A stretch of 64,000 bases of DNA from an uncultured Candidatus Saccharibacteria bacterium. GTDB lineage: Bacteria > Patescibacteriota > Saccharimonadia > CAILAD01 > BJGX01. The stretch is taken from positions 351,442-415,441 of the forward strand of contig CAZSVP010000001.1 of the NCBI GenBank assembly GCA_964610335.1, in the 5' to 3' direction. Numbering within the stretch: the first letter of the stretch is position 1; the number at the start of each line of letters is the position of its first letter. The notes under the pieces were generated by a model. The model did not search any database. It was not told where the DNA came from and saw only the letters and a program-made list of their open reading frames with translations. Both the position numbers and the translations under genes were made by a program. This document shows, one piece after another, positions 1 through 9,857 of the stretch.

Positions 1-64
1 CAAGCTAATCTATTCTCTGAAAGTAAGTTTAAAGATGCTTTGGCCCGAGCGATAGACAGTTGTT

Positions 65-1489
65 ATGACAACGCCTAACCCCAGTCGGCTTTATTGGAGC
101 GTATTGATAGGTATTGGGTTGCTGATGGTCTTGGTATTAAGCCGCTTAGTCGTAATGAAGTTGCAAAATCTTAATAACAAGAACAATAGCAATAGTGTTC
201 TGAGCAATCTGGCTCAAGTAATTGGGCAAGAAGATCGGCATATCCTGGTAGTTTTTCTTAACAACAATGAGATTCGCTATGGGGGAGGTTTTGTCGGTTC
301 GCTCGGATATATTAGTGTAAAGTCGGGTAAGGTTGATATCCAACCAATTAAGAACGTTTATTACTATGATCGTCTTGCCAAACCACTCGACCAAAATTTA
401 GCGGAACTAGCGCCTCTGGGTAGTCAAGGAGTTTATATGAGAGATGCAGCCTACTCACTAGCATGGAGTGAGAATGCATTAAGGCTTTCATCGATGTTTA
501 CTCAAGCCACTGGTCAGCCTGTCGATACCGTTATAGCCATCACCCCTGATTTAATCAAAGAGCTAATTGCTCAAACTGGCCCAATTCGGCTTGATGATGC
601 CAATAAAGAGGTTACCGCACAAAACTTTTTTGAAGTCGTCCAACAGGAAGTTGAATCTGGTGAAGTAGCCAAGTCTGGTAAGGACTCCAAAGGAACAATC
701 TTTGCTGAAATAGCCAATAAACTCGTTTCTAGAATACAGACTATGCATCCTAACCAGTTGGCAAATTTTGAAAAGCTGTTTGCAAATGTGATAGAAAAGA
801 AACAATTTGCGCTGTTTAGTACAGATCAAAATCTACAGCAATTTGCAAAAGACAATCGCTTGGATCAACCGCAGAAGTGTATAGAAGTTGACTGCATACT
901 GCTAGCTGAAGCCAACGGTGGTGCCGACAAAAGCAGTAACTACTTGAGTAATGACGTTCATAAGAAGGTAGATGTACAAGATAATGGTGATGTAATTAAT
1001 ACTATAACTATTCATCGTAAACACACTGCCAAAGAGTTCTTGTTTCCCTATATTGAAGCTAAGGGCGGATTACAGAATTGGTTAGTTAAGCGCAACATTA
1101 CAAGACTAAAAATAGGAGTACCTAAAGGTAGCAAGTTGATTAGTTCGAAAGGCGGTGAGGGGGATGTTCAACAGCAGGATGATGGAGATCTCACAACATA
1201 TTCAGTTTGGAAGACACTTGACCCTGGCCAAGAGGCAGATATATATATTCAATATCAACTACCAAATAAGCTGCCATTGGGGGAGCAGGTGGTATATACA
1301 GAGAGTGTATTAAAGCAATTCGGATCACAGCCGTATACTCTTCAGACAGAGGTAAAACTTCCTCAAGCCTTTAAACTAACTTTAACGAACAATAAAAGTA
1401 TTCTTATGACAGATGATGGTGTTGTAATCTGGAAAATTGATGTTGATAGTAATAATACACTACAATTGAGTTATGAAAAGTATCGCTGA
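65..1489 (+). CDS. membrane-anchored hypothetical protein with a single N-terminal TM helix and a large extracytoplasmic domain
   Basis: 474-aa ORF. Hydrophobic N-terminus (LYWSVLIGIGLLMVLVLS). No recognisable catalytic motif. Translationally coupled to the downstream ABC ATPase by a 17-nt overlap. Confidence 0.55.
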   Translation: MTTPNPSRLYWSVLIGIGLLMVLVLSRLVVMKLQNLNNKNNSNSVLSNLAQVIGQEDRHILVVFLNNNEIRYGGGFVGSLGYISVKSGKVDIQPIKNVYYYDRLAKPLDQNLAELAPLGSQGVYMRDAAYSLAWSENALRLSSMFTQATGQPVDTVIAITPDLIKELIAQTGPIRLDDANKEVTAQNFFEVVQQEVESGEVAKSGKDSKGTIFAEIANKLVSRIQTMHPNQLANFEKLFANVIEKKQFALFSTDQNLQQFAKDNRLDQPQKCIEVDCILLAEANGGADKSSNYLSNDVHKKVDVQDNGDVINTITIHRKHTAKEFLFPYIEAKGGLQNWLVKRNITRLKIGVPKGSKLISSKGGEGDVQQQDDGDLTTYSVWKTLDPGQEADIYIQYQLPNKLPLGEQVVYTESVLKQFGSQPYTLQTEVKLPQAFKLTLTNNKSILMTDDGVVIWKIDVDSNNTLQLSYEKYR

Positions 1490-2171
1490 GCCCCAGGTTG
1501 TTGTAGGTCTTTATGATGTTAGTAAGAAGTACGACGATGAAGCAGGTGTGTATGATGCCCTTAAAAACATTCACTTAGAAATAAAACAGGGTGAATTTGT
1601 GGCGATCATGGGACCATCTGGCTCTGGCAAGTCGACCCTTATGAATATAATTGGTTTACTCGACAATCCTACCAAGGGTGTATACTTGCTCGACGGGATA
1701 GATACTACTTGTATGAAAGAGCGCAAACTAGCCAAGTTTCGTCGCGATAAGATAGGATTTGTATTCCAAAACTTCAACTTGTTGCCACGTATGAATATAT
1801 TGCGTAATGTCGAATTACCTCTGATATACAAACGTGTTAGTACTAGAGCACGCCGGGAGCAAGCCAGGAGGGTACTGAATAAGGTTGGACTGGGTGAGAA
1901 ACTCAAGAATCGTACTAATCGCTTATCTGGTGGACAAGTCCAGCGTGCGGCAATAGCAAGAGCCTTAGTGAATAACCCAAGCTTATTGCTAGCCGATGAG
2001 CCAACAGGTAACCTTGATAGTAAAACAAGTGATGACATAATGCGCTTACTTCAGAAGTTGAATCAAAAAGGCATGACCATAGTGGTGGTAACCCATAGCC
2101 AAGAAATAGCAAGATACGCAAAGCGTACCATTCATATGCTAGATAGCGCTATAAAGGGGCAGAAATTATGA
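1473..2171 (+). CDS. ABC transporter ATP-binding protein (MacB/LolD-type)
   Basis: Walker A GPSGSGKST, ABC signature LSGGQVQR, Walker B LLLADEPTGNLD, H-loop VTHS. Confidence 0.9.
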   Translation: MKSIAEPQVVVGLYDVSKKYDDEAGVYDALKNIHLEIKQGEFVAIMGPSGSGKSTLMNIIGLLDNPTKGVYLLDGIDTTCMKERKLAKFRRDKIGFVFQNFNLLPRMNILRNVELPLIYKRVSTRARREQARRVLNKVGLGEKLKNRTNRLSGGQVQRAAIARALVNNPSLLLADEPTGNLDSKTSDDIMRLLQKLNQKGMTIVVVTHSQEIARYAKRTIHMLDSAIKGQKL

Positions 2172-3418
2172 TCTGGCAGAATATCAAAAGTGCTTTGGGA
2201 AGTATTGTTGGTGCAAAGCTTAGATCAGTGCTTACAATGCTTGGAATAGTTATAGGAGTTTTTGCGGTACTGGTGATGATTGGTATTGGTGATGGTGTGA
2301 AAGCCGAAGTCGGAGGTCAAATCAACAGTCTTGGTAGCAACATACTAACCATAACACCTGGACAACTTGGTCAAAGTAGCAGTACCGCCCGCAACGGTCA
2401 GCAACAGCAGCAAAAAGGTGCCGGACCAAATTTTGGCAGCAGTTTTGGTAGTACCACTCTTAGCCAAAAAGATGTTAAGACAGCTGAGGAGACCCCAAAT
2501 GTATCAGAAACAGCACCATTTGGGATAATTTCGTCTGTAGTGACCCAGGCGAGTCTCAGTAGCAATACGGCTTATATCGTCAGTACGGAGCCAAGTTACT
2601 TTAGTATTAGGGATATTAAGCTTGAAAACGGGGGTATATTTAGCAGCGCCGATAACCAAGAGAAGAAGTATGTAGCTGTGATTGGAGCAGATACCAAACA
2701 AAACCTATTTGGAGATAGTGAAGCGGTGGGTAAAACCATCGGTATTCGAGGCAAGAACTTTACAGTAGTAGGAGTTACAAAGAAGTCTGAATCTGGGTTG
2801 AACCTTGGGGCTAGTTCAGACGATATAGTTTATATACCTTACCAAACTGGCGTAGATCTTACAGGTAGTGACCAGGTCTTCAGAATATTAATACAAGTTA
2901 ACGATGCCAAGAACATCGATAGTGTGAAAAGATCTTTGGAATCGAGTATCAAAGCCAATCACGGTGGTGCTCAGGACTTTAGCGTGCTGACCCAAGAGGA
3001 GCTACTTAGCACGTTCAACAGCATTCTGGACATTCTAAGCTCCTTTGTTGTAGCGATCGCTGCCATAAGCCTACTTGTGGGTGGTATTGGTATTATGAAT
3101 ATCATGCTCGTAACAGTCAGTGAACGAACCCGTGAGATAGGTATTCGCAAAGCTGTCGGTGCAACATTTTGGAACATACTTGGGCAATTTTTGACAGAGG
3201 CGGTGATAATATCTTTGATAGGTGGGCTAATTGGACTAGGTTTGGCTTACTTAGCCGGATTGTTGATTAAGAAGTTTGCCAACATTACACCTGTATACTC
3301 AGTGAAATCACTGGCGCTTGCTGTTGGCGTGTCATTGTTCGTGGGTATCGTGTTTGGTGTAGCTCCAGCCATCAAGGCCGCACGTAAACGACCTATACAG
3401 GCCCTCAAGGCACTGTAG
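2168..3418 (+). CDS. ABC transporter permease, MacB/FtsX family
   Basis: Start overlaps the upstream stop (ATGA). N-terminal TM helix, a large periplasmic domain containing a low-complexity Q/G-rich insert (NGQQQQQKGAGPNFGSSFGS), and three C-terminal TM helices typical of FtsX-domain permeases. Confidence 0.85.
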   Translation: MIWQNIKSALGSIVGAKLRSVLTMLGIVIGVFAVLVMIGIGDGVKAEVGGQINSLGSNILTITPGQLGQSSSTARNGQQQQQKGAGPNFGSSFGSTTLSQKDVKTAEETPNVSETAPFGIISSVVTQASLSSNTAYIVSTEPSYFSIRDIKLENGGIFSSADNQEKKYVAVIGADTKQNLFGDSEAVGKTIGIRGKNFTVVGVTKKSESGLNLGASSDDIVYIPYQTGVDLTGSDQVFRILIQVNDAKNIDSVKRSLESSIKANHGGAQDFSVLTQEELLSTFNSILDILSSFVVAIAAISLLVGGIGIMNIMLVTVSERTREIGIRKAVGATFWNILGQFLTEAVIISLIGGLIGLGLAYLAGLLIKKFANITPVYSVKSLALAVGVSLFVGIVFGVAPAIKAARKRPIQALKAL

Positions 3419-3490
3419 TTGACACTAGTTGTTAATCCGCTTATACTTTCAAAGAATGTGTAACAAACCTGATCATATCACCAGGCATTA

Positions 3491-3516
3491 GCCGCCCACG
3501 AGGGCGGTTTTTTTGT
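3491..3516 (+). terminator. rho-independent terminator after the ABC exporter operon
   Basis: GC stem gccgccc/gggcggt followed by a T7 run. Confidence 0.5.
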
Positions 3517-3548
3517 GCTCATTCAATTCGACCCTTGAAAGGAAAAAA

Positions 3549-3929
3549 ATGATTCTGATTGGTATACAGCTATGCGTTGTCTTTGATCAAAAACAACGTC
3601 AATTTACCCAAGTAGCTCCAGCTCTTGAAGCACAGTTTAGCCTTCAGTGTTTGCTGTGTGGTCACGTGCACCAGCTAGCCACTCCTACGGTTTACAAACT
3701 GAAAGAGGGCGAACGGCCACATGTCTATATCCACCCGATAGCGACAGTGGTGAAACAAACTCGAAGCTGCGACAACTGCGGCATGCTATCAACTCTTCCG
3801 AAGCTTGACGAAGAAAGACTGCAAAAGACTCTTGAGAAACATGTATCTCAAGAGTTTATAGATCGGCATAGTGCTGACCAGCCGCCATTCTTGGCACAAC
3901 GACTCTTGGAAAGGTCCAAGTTAATATAG
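3549..3929 (+). CDS. hypothetical protein with a Cys-rich zinc-ribbon-like motif
   Basis: ATG at 3549 lies just after the upstream terminator. The ORF-track start at 3513 would sit inside the terminator T-run. Motifs CLLCGHVH and CDNCG are present. Confidence 0.4.
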   Translation: MILIGIQLCVVFDQKQRQFTQVAPALEAQFSLQCLLCGHVHQLATPTVYKLKEGERPHVYIHPIATVVKQTRSCDNCGMLSTLPKLDEERLQKTLEKHVSQEFIDRHSADQPPFLAQRLLERSKLI

Positions 3930-3960
3930 CTCCCGAAGGGGGCAGAGCTTCTTCGGGAGC
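3929..3960 (+). terminator. perfect 10-bp hairpin immediately after the stop codon
   Basis: gctcccgaag / cttcgggagc with a 12-nt loop. The downstream U-tract is weak. Confidence 0.35.
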
Positions 3961-3982
3961 TCTGTAATTATCACTGACAAAC

Positions 3983-4010
3983 AAAAAAAGACCTATTGTA
4001 GGCCTTTTTT
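3983..4010. terminator. bidirectional rho-independent terminator, likely serving rplT on the minus strand
   Basis: A-run, an imperfect stem (aagacct...aggcctt) and a T-run. Located 16 nt downstream of the rplT stop on the minus strand. Confidence 0.5.
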
Positions 4011-4025
4011 GTCTGAAGAAGAGCG

Positions 4026-4367
4026 CTATTTAGTAGCTTTGATTACTTCGGCAAAAGCTTCGGGGTAGCGTGCGGCTACTTCAGATAGCATCTTACGATT
4101 GAGAGTGATCTTGGACTTAGTAAGATCGTTCATGAGTACACTATAGCTAGTGCCATTAAGCTTGGCGGCTGCAGAAATACGTGTAATCCAAAGACTTCGG
4201 AAGTCACGTTTACGGTTGCGGCGATCGCGATATTGATAGGCGAGTGCCTTAGTAACAGCCTCATTGGCTTTGCGATAACTACTACGACGAGCCTTGCTAT
4301 AACCTTTGGCTAGTTTGAGGATCTTCTTATGTCGAGCTCTGGCTGTAACACCACGTTTAACACGCAT
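4026..4367 (-). CDS. rplT: 50S ribosomal protein L20
   Basis: N-terminus [23 protein letters not shown]... is diagnostic for the L20 family. Confidence 0.95.
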   Translation of the reverse strand: MRVKRGVTARARHKKILKLAKGYSKARRSSYRKANEAVTKALAYQYRDRRNRKRDFRSLWITRISAAAKLNGTSYSVLMNDLTKSKITLNRKMLSEVAARYPEAFAEVIKATK

Positions 4368-4368
4368 C

Positions 4369-4566
4369 TTAGTTTGCTCCTACCATTTTCTTAGCTGTTT
4401 TGCCGTCAGTATGCGCCATGGCGTGTTCGAGGCTGTAGCCGCGCTTACGAGCAGGGGATTTGCCGCTCAGTTTGTGAGCACGTCCGGCACGCAAATGCAA
4501 AGCCTTGCCAGTGCTACTGACCTTGATGCGTTTGGACATGGTTTTATTGTTTTTCTGCTTTGGCAT
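4369..4566 (-). CDS. rpmI: 50S ribosomal protein L35
   Basis: 65-aa basic protein [21 protein letters not shown]... Conserved infC-rpmI-rplT operon order. Confidence 0.9.
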   Translation of the reverse strand: MPKQKNNKTMSKRIKVSSTGKALHLRAGRAHKLSGKSPARKRGYSLEHAMAHTDGKTAKKMVGAN

Positions 4567-5115
4567 CTAATCTTCCTTAGTTGTTGATGGTTCCACTATA
4601 GCTGCTTTAGCTGTTGATGCTACGACGATTGACATGTCACGTCCTGCCATAGATGGTTCTTGCTCGATTTGACTGATATCAGCCAATGGTTCGAGAAAAC
4701 GCATCAGAACAGGTGGTCCAAGCTCTTTACGGGCCATTTCTCGGCCTTTGAAGCGAGCTGTGATCTTGACCTTGTTGCCCGCTTCCAGAAACTTGCGGAC
4801 CTGACGTCTTTTGACATCCATATCGTGTTCACCGATTTTCAAACCCATGCGAACTTGCTTTACTTCGATACTCTTCTGGTTCTTGCGAGCCCGAGATTCT
4901 TGTTTGGCTTGTTCGTACTGGTACTTACCCCAGTCGATCATCTTGATCACTGGCGGCTTGGCATCGGGTGAAACCTCGGCTAGGTCGTATCCTTCGTCTT
5001 CTGCTTTGCGGCGAGCTGTTTGTATATCGACAATGCCGACTTGCTCACCATCCACTCCCAGTAGACGAACAGTGGGAGCTTTTATTTCATGATTGAGACG
5101 AAAACGTTTTTTTAT
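4567..5115 (-). CDS. infC: translation initiation factor IF-3; start likely a non-AUG codon upstream of the ORF-track GTG
   Basis: C-terminal domain is IF3-like (KQVRMGLKIGEHDMDVKRRQVRKFLEAGNKVKITARFKGRE). The conserved N-terminal motif ...NHEIKAPTVRLLGVDGEQ is encoded upstream of the GTG at 5055 with no in-frame stop. The probable start is ATA at 5115-5113 (or a nearby AUU/AUA). Unusual IF3 start codons are a known autoregulatory feature. Confidence 0.8.
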   Translation of the reverse strand: MKKRFRLNHEIKAPTVRLLGVDGEQVGIVDIQTARRKAEDEGYDLAEVSPDAKPPVIKMIDWGKYQYEQAKQESRARKNQKSIEVKQVRMGLKIGEHDMDVKRRQVRKFLEAGNKVKITARFKGREMARKELGPPVLMRFLEPLADISQIEQEPSMAGRDMSIVVASTAKAAIVEPSTTKED

Positions 5116-5184
5116 TGAGGTTTCTCCAAATTGCTGATGGCTATTGTAGCATGATCTGTTGAGACAATCAAGGGTATATGGGTG

Positions 5185-5961
5185 TTACTGGTGTAAATTC
5201 TGAGGTGCATCTTTGGGTGTTATAAGCCGAAGTTTAATCTGGCTTAACTGGATTGTAATGGGCAAGCTGTAGCGAAACCCAGATGGTGTTTCCAGGTCTA
5301 CATTTGGAGATTGTATAGTGGCGGTTTCTGCAGGAAGTCGGAATAATAACTTTGTCTCATTATTATCACGAAGTGGGAAAGGAAGGTTTAGTGGGTTCTT
5401 AGGTGTATTTTGTTCAATCGCTGTAGTTACAAATCCCTCAACCTCAAATTGGTGGGCGTTGGCAAACGGGTGACTGGGGTGATAAAGGGTAACTAGCTTC
5501 TGTATATCAGCCTGGACTTGGAGTTGTTTATCTAGACGTAGTTGAAGTAGCTGGGGTTTTCCATGTGGGCTTGTTAGCTCCAATCTAAATAGTACGTAGC
5601 TGTTGTTGACTTGCATCGGTTGATAGGGCATGATTTTTCGGGCCTTGATGGTATTGATGGCAATACCCAAGTTCAGAAGTTTTAGATCTTGGGCGATAGG
5701 TGAGTTAAAATCTGCTGGCACATAGCCAAAACCAAGACTTGTCTGATTACGGTAGTGCCAGAGAGCATTTTCAAAAAAGAAATCGCTGCCTATAAGAACT
5801 AGGGTATTGGTGTCGGCATCAAGTTTGGGGAAAGCCAGGTTGAGCTTCTTATCAGCAATGTCAAAACGTACTCCTTGCAAACCAGCTTTTTTACATCTAT
5901 CAAAGATCTCAGTTAGTTGGTTATTATCTGTCTTTCCAGACTGAACTAAATAGTAATACAT
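5185..5961 (-). CDS. hypothetical protein
   Basis: 258-aa ORF with no diagnostic motif. Co-oriented with, and abutting, the bactofilin gene. Confidence 0.45.
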   Translation of the reverse strand: MYYYLVQSGKTDNNQLTEIFDRCKKAGLQGVRFDIADKKLNLAFPKLDADTNTLVLIGSDFFFENALWHYRNQTSLGFGYVPADFNSPIAQDLKLLNLGIAINTIKARKIMPYQPMQVNNSYVLFRLELTSPHGKPQLLQLRLDKQLQVQADIQKLVTLYHPSHPFANAHQFEVEGFVTTAIEQNTPKNPLNLPFPLRDNNETKLLFRLPAETATIQSPNVDLETPSGFRYSLPITIQLSQIKLRLITPKDAPQNLHQ

Positions 5962-6342
5962 CTAGTTGTCAGTCCTGGTGGTAATTTTGGCGAGAACGAC
6001 GGAGTCCTTATTTATTTCTATACTACGGGCATCGGCACTACCACGTATTTCGCCGCCTCCTTCTACAACAATCTCAGATGCCGCATGTAGATCACCTTTA
6101 AACTTTCCGCTAACGCGAATAGCTCGACACTTTAGATCACCATTGGCTTGACCGTTGCTACCTAGTTTAATGTATCCCTTGGTTGTAACACTTCCGTGAT
6201 ATGATCCGTCAATAAATACATCACGATCTGTATTGAGGTTACCAGTGGCGGTTGCGCCACTTGCAATAACGATCTCATTGGCCGACAAATCTACAGGTGT
6301 TGGATGGCGCTTTTTCTTGAAGTTTGAAAAGATACTACTCAT
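5962..6342 (-). CDS. bactofilin-family polymer-forming cytoskeletal protein (DUF583-like beta-helix)
   Basis: Gly-punctuated repeats (VFIDGSYHGSVTTKGYIKLGSNGQANGDLKCRAIRVSGKFKGDLHAASEIVVEGGGEIRG) typical of the bactofilin beta-helix core. Confidence 0.7.
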   Translation of the reverse strand: MSSIFSNFKKKRHPTPVDLSANEIVIASGATATGNLNTDRDVFIDGSYHGSVTTKGYIKLGSNGQANGDLKCRAIRVSGKFKGDLHAASEIVVEGGGEIRGSADARSIEINKDSVVLAKITTRTDN

Positions 6343-6793
6343 GGCTGTGAACAGCCTGTTCTATAGCTTGTTGCTCTTCTTGTGATAGGTTGTACTTGCT
6401 TTTCCCTTCGCTAATAGCTTTTGAGTATACTCTTGTAGTGCTGCGGCCATGTACACTTGATATCACCACACCATTGTCACTGTTGTCTAGTAGCGCTAGA
6501 CAAAAGCTTTGGTCGCCGCCAGTGTCACCGAACGGGTTAAAACGGATTAGCCCAACCTGTGAGATAGCTTGTTGTTGTTTTCGAATTAGCTTGGCACAAA
6601 AGTCGGCTAGCTCTTCGAGCTTATTTTGTGCATCATCTATTTGAGATATATATGACTTAATAAGTTCTTCTACGCTTTGAGCATCCGCACCTTTTAAGAA
6701 ACTGGCGTACTTGTGTTGTAACTGCCATAGCTGCCATTGGGTGAAACCAAGGCCTGCTACTAGAAGAATTAATACAATCACAATAACAATCAT
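6335..6793 (-). CDS. DUF4446-like protein with an N-terminal TM helix
   Basis: TM helix, a coiled-coil segment, and the motif GLIRFNPFGDTGGDQSFCLALLDNSDNGVVISSVHGR resembling DUF4446. 8-nt overlap with the bactofilin gene. Confidence 0.55.
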   Translation of the reverse strand: MIVIVIVLILLVAGLGFTQWQLWQLQHKYASFLKGADAQSVEELIKSYISQIDDAQNKLEELADFCAKLIRKQQQAISQVGLIRFNPFGDTGGDQSFCLALLDNSDNGVVISSVHGRSTTRVYSKAISEGKSKYNLSQEEQQAIEQAVHSHE

Positions 6794-6883
6794 ACTGGCT
6801 ATTATAGGTTTGATTGTTTTAGATTGGCAACCACTACCAGATTCTGTTAGTATGATCGTAAAGTATTAATGAGGTAATCTACT

Positions 6884-7180
6884 ATGTCCAAAAAGAAATC
6901 ACGCCGTCAAAGAAAAATGACCACAGGCGCCAGTAGCTCTAATAAGAAGGTGACAACAGCAAAAAAGCCTAATGACAACGCTGAATTGGAGACAAGTACT
7001 ACCGCCGATGCCAAAGTGAGTCAGCAAGATCATGTAGGGTTGGCTTACATTCGTAGTGATATACGCAAAACTATCTTGTTATCTGGATTTATTATTGTTT
7101 TTTACACACTGATGTACTATCTACTACAAAGAACTAGTTTACTTCAAAAGGCTACGCAGCTACTAGGGCTTGGCTCTTAA
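6884..7180 (+). CDS. small Lys-rich protein with a C-terminal TM helix (hypothetical)
   Basis: RBS gagg 8 nt upstream of the ATG. Basic N-terminus and hydrophobic C-terminus. Convergent with the end of comM. Confidence 0.4.
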   Translation: MSKKKSRRQRKMTTGASSSNKKVTTAKKPNDNAELETSTTADAKVSQQDHVGLAYIRSDIRKTILLSGFIIVFYTLMYYLLQRTSLLQKATQLLGLGS

Positions 7181-8681
7181 CAAAACGATACTGAAGAGCC
7201 TCGGCTAGGTGGTGGTGTTCGATTAATTGACTATTGTTATCCATGTCGGCTATTGTTCTGGACAGTTTGAGGGTGCGCATATACGATCTAGCACTTAAGT
7301 TAAGTGAATCAATAGCTGATTCGGCTAACGGCTCAGCAGCTTCACTAAGGATACAGTATTGTTTAATCTGCTGATTATTCATCTCGCTGTTAGTTAGAAT
7401 CTTTGTTCCACTAAAGCGTTTGGACTGAATACTGCGTGCTTTAATAACACGTCCACGAACCTGTTCAGAGCTTTCTGATTTAGTATTACTGGTGAGAAGG
7501 TGTTGTTTTTCAAGCCTAGCTACATTGACATGCAGGTCAATCCTATCCAGCAGCGGGCCAGACACTTTTTGCTGGTAGCGCTGAACTTGTGACATTGAGC
7601 AAGTACAATCCGTAAGATCATCTCCAAGGTAGCCACATGGGCATGGGTTTTGAGCAGCTACCATCAGGAATTGAGCAGGAAACTGCAAGCTAGCTTGAGC
7701 ACGAGCTATGCTAACGTAGCCTTCCTCAAGTGGTTGTCGCAATACTTCTAACACATGCCGCGGGAATTCAGGGAATTCGTCCATAAACAGCACGCCCCTG
7801 TGTGCTAAGCTGATCTCACCTGGTTTTGGCCATTGGCCGCCGCCAATCAATGCTATATCACTACTTGTATGATGTGGGGTACGAAATGGTCTAGAAGGAA
7901 CCAGCTGGTCAGGATTGGCACTAGCCAGACTGTGAATACGCGTAATCTCAATTTGCTCTTCATAGGTTGGAGGTGGCAAGATTCCAACCAGTGCCTTTGC
8001 AAGCATGGTTTTGCCTGCTCCGGGTGTACCAGAAAGTAAAATATTGTGATTGCCGCTAGCCGCAATCTCCAGCGCCCGTTTAGCATGTTGTTGCCCGTAT
8101 ATGTTTGACATGTCATATTGCTGATCTGTAATAGCGCTTATCGTAGTTTTCTCAACAACAGGCTCAATAATTACATCACCAACCAGGTGTTGAAACAGCT
8201 GTTTGAGATTATTGACGGGTATAACTTTCAGGCCGCGTACAAAACTGGCGATCCGGGCATCACCGCTCGCAAGGAAAAGTGTATCGATACCGGCCTGTTC
8301 GCAACCAATTGCTGTTGCAATGGCGCCACTGGTAGCACGAACTGAGCCATCTAGGCCTAGTTCACCAAAAAAAGCGGATTTGCGGCTTGGTTGTGGTATT
8401 TGACCTGAAGCGGCAAGAAGGCCTACTGCCATACCGAGATCAAAACCACTACTGTTCTTGGGAAGATCAGCAGGAGCGAGGTTGAGAGTAATGCGTCGCG
8501 GCGGCAGGGCCAATCCCGAATTTTTGAGACTAGATCGAATACGTTCTTTGGCCTCGTCGATAGCTTTGGAGCCCAACCCAACTATCACAAAGGCTGGTAG
8601 GCCATTGGATATATCAGATTGTATATCAATTAATTCGGCGTTCAAGCCGATGTGTATGAGTGATGTAGTGTGTGCAAGCAT
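7152..8681 (-). CDS. comM: YifB/ComM family Mg-chelatase-like AAA+ ATPase
   Basis: N-terminal Lon-like domain and an AAA+ core with Walker A LLSGTPGAGKTMLAKAL. C-terminal Mg-chelatase ChlI-like domain. Confidence 0.9.
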   Translation of the reverse strand: MLAHTTSLIHIGLNAELIDIQSDISNGLPAFVIVGLGSKAIDEAKERIRSSLKNSGLALPPRRITLNLAPADLPKNSSGFDLGMAVGLLAASGQIPQPSRKSAFFGELGLDGSVRATSGAIATAIGCEQAGIDTLFLASGDARIASFVRGLKVIPVNNLKQLFQHLVGDVIIEPVVEKTTISAITDQQYDMSNIYGQQHAKRALEIAASGNHNILLSGTPGAGKTMLAKALVGILPPPTYEEQIEITRIHSLASANPDQLVPSRPFRTPHHTSSDIALIGGGQWPKPGEISLAHRGVLFMDEFPEFPRHVLEVLRQPLEEGYVSIARAQASLQFPAQFLMVAAQNPCPCGYLGDDLTDCTCSMSQVQRYQQKVSGPLLDRIDLHVNVARLEKQHLLTSNTKSESSEQVRGRVIKARSIQSKRFSGTKILTNSEMNNQQIKQYCILSEAAEPLAESAIDSLNLSARSYMRTLKLSRTIADMDNNSQLIEHHHLAEALQYRFVKSQALVAA

Positions 8682-8767
8682 AAATTCCCCTTGTTATAAC
8701 AACAAGATAAACGAACAAAATAAGAACGTCAAGCACGAGAGTGAGTTAATTATTGTTGACGATTGGT

Positions 8768-9820
8768 CTAACTACGATACCACTCAGCGGCGCTCTCAGG
8801 TGGTACTGTATTGATAATCATATCTGTTGAAACCTCAAAGCCGCCCCATATACCAGTACGACCACATATTTTTAGAGCGAATCTATGATGCTCAGATATT
8901 CCTTCTTCCAGATAAAAATTGTAACTGAGATTGTGGTTACAAAGCTTGCTGATGGCGTGCTTGAGCATACCCGCGAGTTGTTCCAGCTCATCAGCATAGA
9001 ACTCAGTGATAGAGGAGGCGTTTCGCTTAGGTATGATCCAGAGCTCAAACGGCCAACGTGGTGCAAATGGACAAAAAGCTATGAATTTATCATTTTCTTC
9101 AACAATTCGTTTGTTGGCATTTTTCTCATAAGCAATAATATCTTCAAAAGGATCAGTTTTCTTTTGCGCAAAGTAGTCTTCAACCCGCTTTGACTCGGCC
9201 TGGATCTTCGGTGGCACCATAGGTAGAGCGAAGATTTGGCTATGAGCATGAGCTAGACTTGCTCCGGCGCTATATCCATCATTGTGGAAGCCTATGACGT
9301 ACTCAATGGCGTCTTGCTTGCCAAGACTCGCTATGCGGGCAGAAAAGGCCGTCAGCACTCGACTGAGCTGTTTGCGTGATAAACTTGCCAGGGTTTTGTT
9401 ACTAAGCGGAGTATCAATAATTATTTCTTGCATACCATACGCTTGCGGGTTCATAGGTGTAAGCGATGGATATTTGTTACCAACTACCTTTACCAGCCAA
9501 TTGTGGTGCTCATCTTCGATAGTATAAGTGGATGGCTGATCATCGAGCTTTGGTGATTGTACAGTCTCGGTTAGTCGTCGTTCTTCTGTTGTGGTATCAA
9601 ATGGTCGTTTTGATCTATTGGGAGAAATAATTACGTAGTATTCATGCAAGTAATCGCGGCGCAGTTCTGTTTCGATCCCTTCAAGATTGAGCTTGATCCC
9701 TTGGTGCTGTGGTGTAATACGCACAAAACAGACCTCTTCGGCAACATTTTTTTTGCCATGGCTAAGGTTTTGGTGCATGCGAGCAGCATGGACCGTATTG
9801 TTCATCTGCCGTCCAGTCAT
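8768..9820 (-). CDS. galactose-1-phosphate uridylyltransferase-like nucleotidyltransferase (HIT superfamily, GalT family)
   Basis: HxHxQ active-site motif (AHAHSQ) and a CPFAPRWP element, with a two-half GalT-like organisation. Confidence 0.65.
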   Translation of the reverse strand: MTGRQMNNTVHAARMHQNLSHGKKNVAEEVCFVRITPQHQGIKLNLEGIETELRRDYLHEYYVIISPNRSKRPFDTTTEERRLTETVQSPKLDDQPSTYTIEDEHHNWLVKVVGNKYPSLTPMNPQAYGMQEIIIDTPLSNKTLASLSRKQLSRVLTAFSARIASLGKQDAIEYVIGFHNDGYSAGASLAHAHSQIFALPMVPPKIQAESKRVEDYFAQKKTDPFEDIIAYEKNANKRIVEENDKFIAFCPFAPRWPFELWIIPKRNASSITEFYADELEQLAGMLKHAISKLCNHNLSYNFYLEEGISEHHRFALKICGRTGIWGGFEVSTDMIINTVPPESAAEWYRS

Positions 9821-9857
9821 AGTACTTATGGTAGCATATTAGTTCGAAAAAATCGTC

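Noticed and set aside
1571-2038. 155-aa minus-strand ORF inside the ABC ATPase gene (also 30515-31027, 31610-32134, 36498-37355, 44135-44638 and 59615-60124)
   Set aside because: Each overlaps a plus-strand gene with unambiguous conserved motifs (ABC ATPase, PheT, T4SS ATPase, AtpD-like, GyrA). There is no independent support.
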